DNA of 59,917 nucleotides from a virus (Duplodnaviria; Caudoviricetes): IMG/VR virus record IMGVR_UViG_3300005613_004609, positions 1 to 59,917 of that record; one strand, 5' to 3'. Shown piece by piece: positions 58,667 to 59,917 of this stretch (position 1 is its first letter; each line of letters starts with the position of its first letter). The notes under the pieces were generated by a model. It saw only the letters and a program-made list of their open reading frames with translations, ran no database searches and was not told where the DNA came from. The position numbers and the translations under genes were made by a program.

Positions 58667-58993
58667 TTATACTGTACTTGTCGTAGTTGAACTCGTAGTT
58701 GAGGTAGAGCTGGAAGATGTCGTAACAGTTATAGTCGTCTCCATAAATTCAGCTCCTGCCACATTCACATCCCCATTATTAATAATACCCTTATGGGAGA
58801 AAACCGCAAGAACTTTCTCTCCGGAAGCAGTCGGTACAGAACAACCCCAGGCACCACTTACCATATCTGACTTCGCAGCACTTAATCTTATTGTATGATC
58901 AGAAAGTTGATATATTCCAACATCGCACTGAACTCCCTGAATAAGAGCTCCAGTCTTATTTCGTACCATTCCTGCAAGTTTACTTTTTGGCAT
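58667..58993 (-). CDS. paralog of the fibre N-terminal domain with a short S/T tail
   Basis: Shares SGAWGC, VL.VFS, AGAEF with 57476..58633. Confidence 0.7.
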   Translation of the reverse strand: MPKSKLAGMVRNKTGALIQGVQCDVGIYQLSDHTIRLSAAKSDMVSGAWGCSVPTASGEKVLAVFSHKGIINNGDVNVAGAEFMETTITVTTSSSSTSTTSSTTTSTV

Positions 58994-59406
58994 TATCCAA
59001 CAACCATTAAAAAGATTGAGCCCTCATACCACACAGTATCTCTCGGAACTCCCTCAAGAGCCAGAGATGCAACCTCCATCTGTATAGCTCCTCCATCCAA
59101 CTCATTTCTAAATCTAACTGTCTTAACATAATTAGAGCCAGTGTAAGGAACTATCGTAAAAGTGTATGTAGCACCCGGAACGTCTGCAAGCGATTGCAAA
59201 CTATCCAAAGTCGATTTCTGCTGATACCCCATCCCATCCTTTGTTGATAAAGTTATAATTCTTCCAATATCCAATTTCGAAAACTCTTGAATCACTGCAC
59301 CTCCTCCCAGTGTTGGGGTAACAGAAGCAGTAACCTTTGACCTCTTCAACAGATCGCTAAAATACATATCTTGATCTAAAGACACAGTGCCAATAGTTGT
59401 GCTCAT
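58993..59406 (-). CDS. putative tail/baseplate protein
   Basis: TLGG..VIQE...GR.ITL pattern; context. Confidence 0.55.
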   Translation of the reverse strand: MSTTIGTVSLDQDMYFSDLLKRSKVTASVTPTLGGGAVIQEFSKLDIGRIITLSTKDGMGYQQKSTLDSLQSLADVPGATYTFTIVPYTGSNYVKTVRFRNELDGGAIQMEVASLALEGVPRDTVWYEGSIFLMVVG

Positions 59407-59678
59407 ACGTGAACCTCCGTCTCTCTTTGATTAGACCTTCTTCCTTCAGATATTATCCTATATTTATTAACTCTACCCAGAACAACAGAGACAGTGACAG
59501 AGACATTAACCTGTAGACCAACAGGCCCAGGAACTTCTCTTGCCTGAGTACCATTTCTTAATTTAATATTATAGAGATAGTTACGACTTCCGAAAGAAGT
59601 AATCGTAGCTTCTTTTTGACTCGTTCCATGGATCTCTTGAAATGCACCAGTCAATTTATTAAGTTCTTTAGTTATCAT
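59403..59678 (-). CDS. putative tail protein (OB-fold-like)
   Basis: Context; beta-rich sequence. Confidence 0.45.
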   Translation of the reverse strand: MITKELNKLTGAFQEIHGTSQKEATITSFGSRNYLYNIKLRNGTQAREVPGPVGLQVNVSVTVSVVLGRVNKYRIISEGRRSNQRETEVHV

Positions 59679-59917
59679 ACAGTTGTCGTTGCTGCCTCCA
59701 AAGAAAGTGTTTCAAATTCAGAATAAGATTCCGTCCTCACAGTTGCGAAAATAGAAGTTGGAGTTATATTTATATCGTAACCAGTCACCTTCATATCTTC
59801 CGCATCTAAACCAAGATGTCCATCTGTTACAGTTATCCACCTGCCAGGCAGGACATCACCAGCGGGAGTATGAGGAACATGTAGGGTCCTTTGAATTGTC
59901 TTATAATAAGCACCTTC
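59675..59917 (-). CDS. C-terminal fragment of a putative tail/baseplate hub protein (runs off the window edge)
   Basis: Open frame ...VLPGRWITVTD...MKVTGYDINIT...; stop overlaps the next ATG. Confidence 0.55.
   Translation of the reverse strand, partial: EGAYYKTIQRTLHVPHTPAGDVLPGRWITVTDGHLGLDAEDMKVTGYDINITPTSIFATVRTESYSEFETLSLEAATTTV

Larger units (their letters stand above)
797..59198. repeat. dispersed 14-bp quasi-palindrome TGCAAGCGATTGCA (12 exact copies, 4 variants)
   Basis: Exact starts: 2544, 6269, 10431, 19298, 21258, 25129, 28779, 31476, 45055, 50788, 55050, 59185. Variants: 797, 15321, 34717, 38716. Confidence 0.95.

Noticed and set aside
170-59131. Numerous plus-strand ORFs in the six-frame track
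   Set aside because: They overlap well-supported minus-strand genes and lack recognisable motifs.
1-59917. tRNA, rRNA, integrase or major capsid genes
   Set aside because: None recognised by eye; they may lie outside the window, and tRNAscan/HMM searches were not run.

Overview
This window is a 60-kb stretch of a large tailed bacteriophage (or prophage) genome with essentially every gene on the minus strand. Read in transcription order (right to left) it contains: tail genes including Ser/Thr-rich mucin-like proteins; a lysis region (M15 peptidase, receiver domain, cupin, holin-like genes); a 9-kb glycosyltransferase island; a UDG-fused family A DNA polymerase; portal; a split MuF head protein; a DUF1257/DUF2997 module; a replication/recombination block (initiator-like, loader-like, DnaB, primase, SSB, SF2 helicase, RecA, nucleases, Ycf46-like AAA); a second sugar-modification cluster beside ParB and a putative TerS; TerL; and a ~1-kb non-coding repeat region. 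Four inteins are present. The main observations are: (1) a 14-bp quasi-palindrome TGCAAGCGATTGCA recurs about every 4 kb across the window, both inside and between genes; (2) TerL and ParB are each broken in a conserved motif by a 7-8 nt insert starting with TGA and preceded by a hairpin, which suggests programmed ribosomal hopping or frameshifting; (3) a candidate antisense RNA, leader ORF and iteron-like repeats lie upstream of the initiator-like gene. Product calls come from motif recognition only; no database searches were run. Several single-base homopolymer frameshifts suggest some sequencing error in this assembly.
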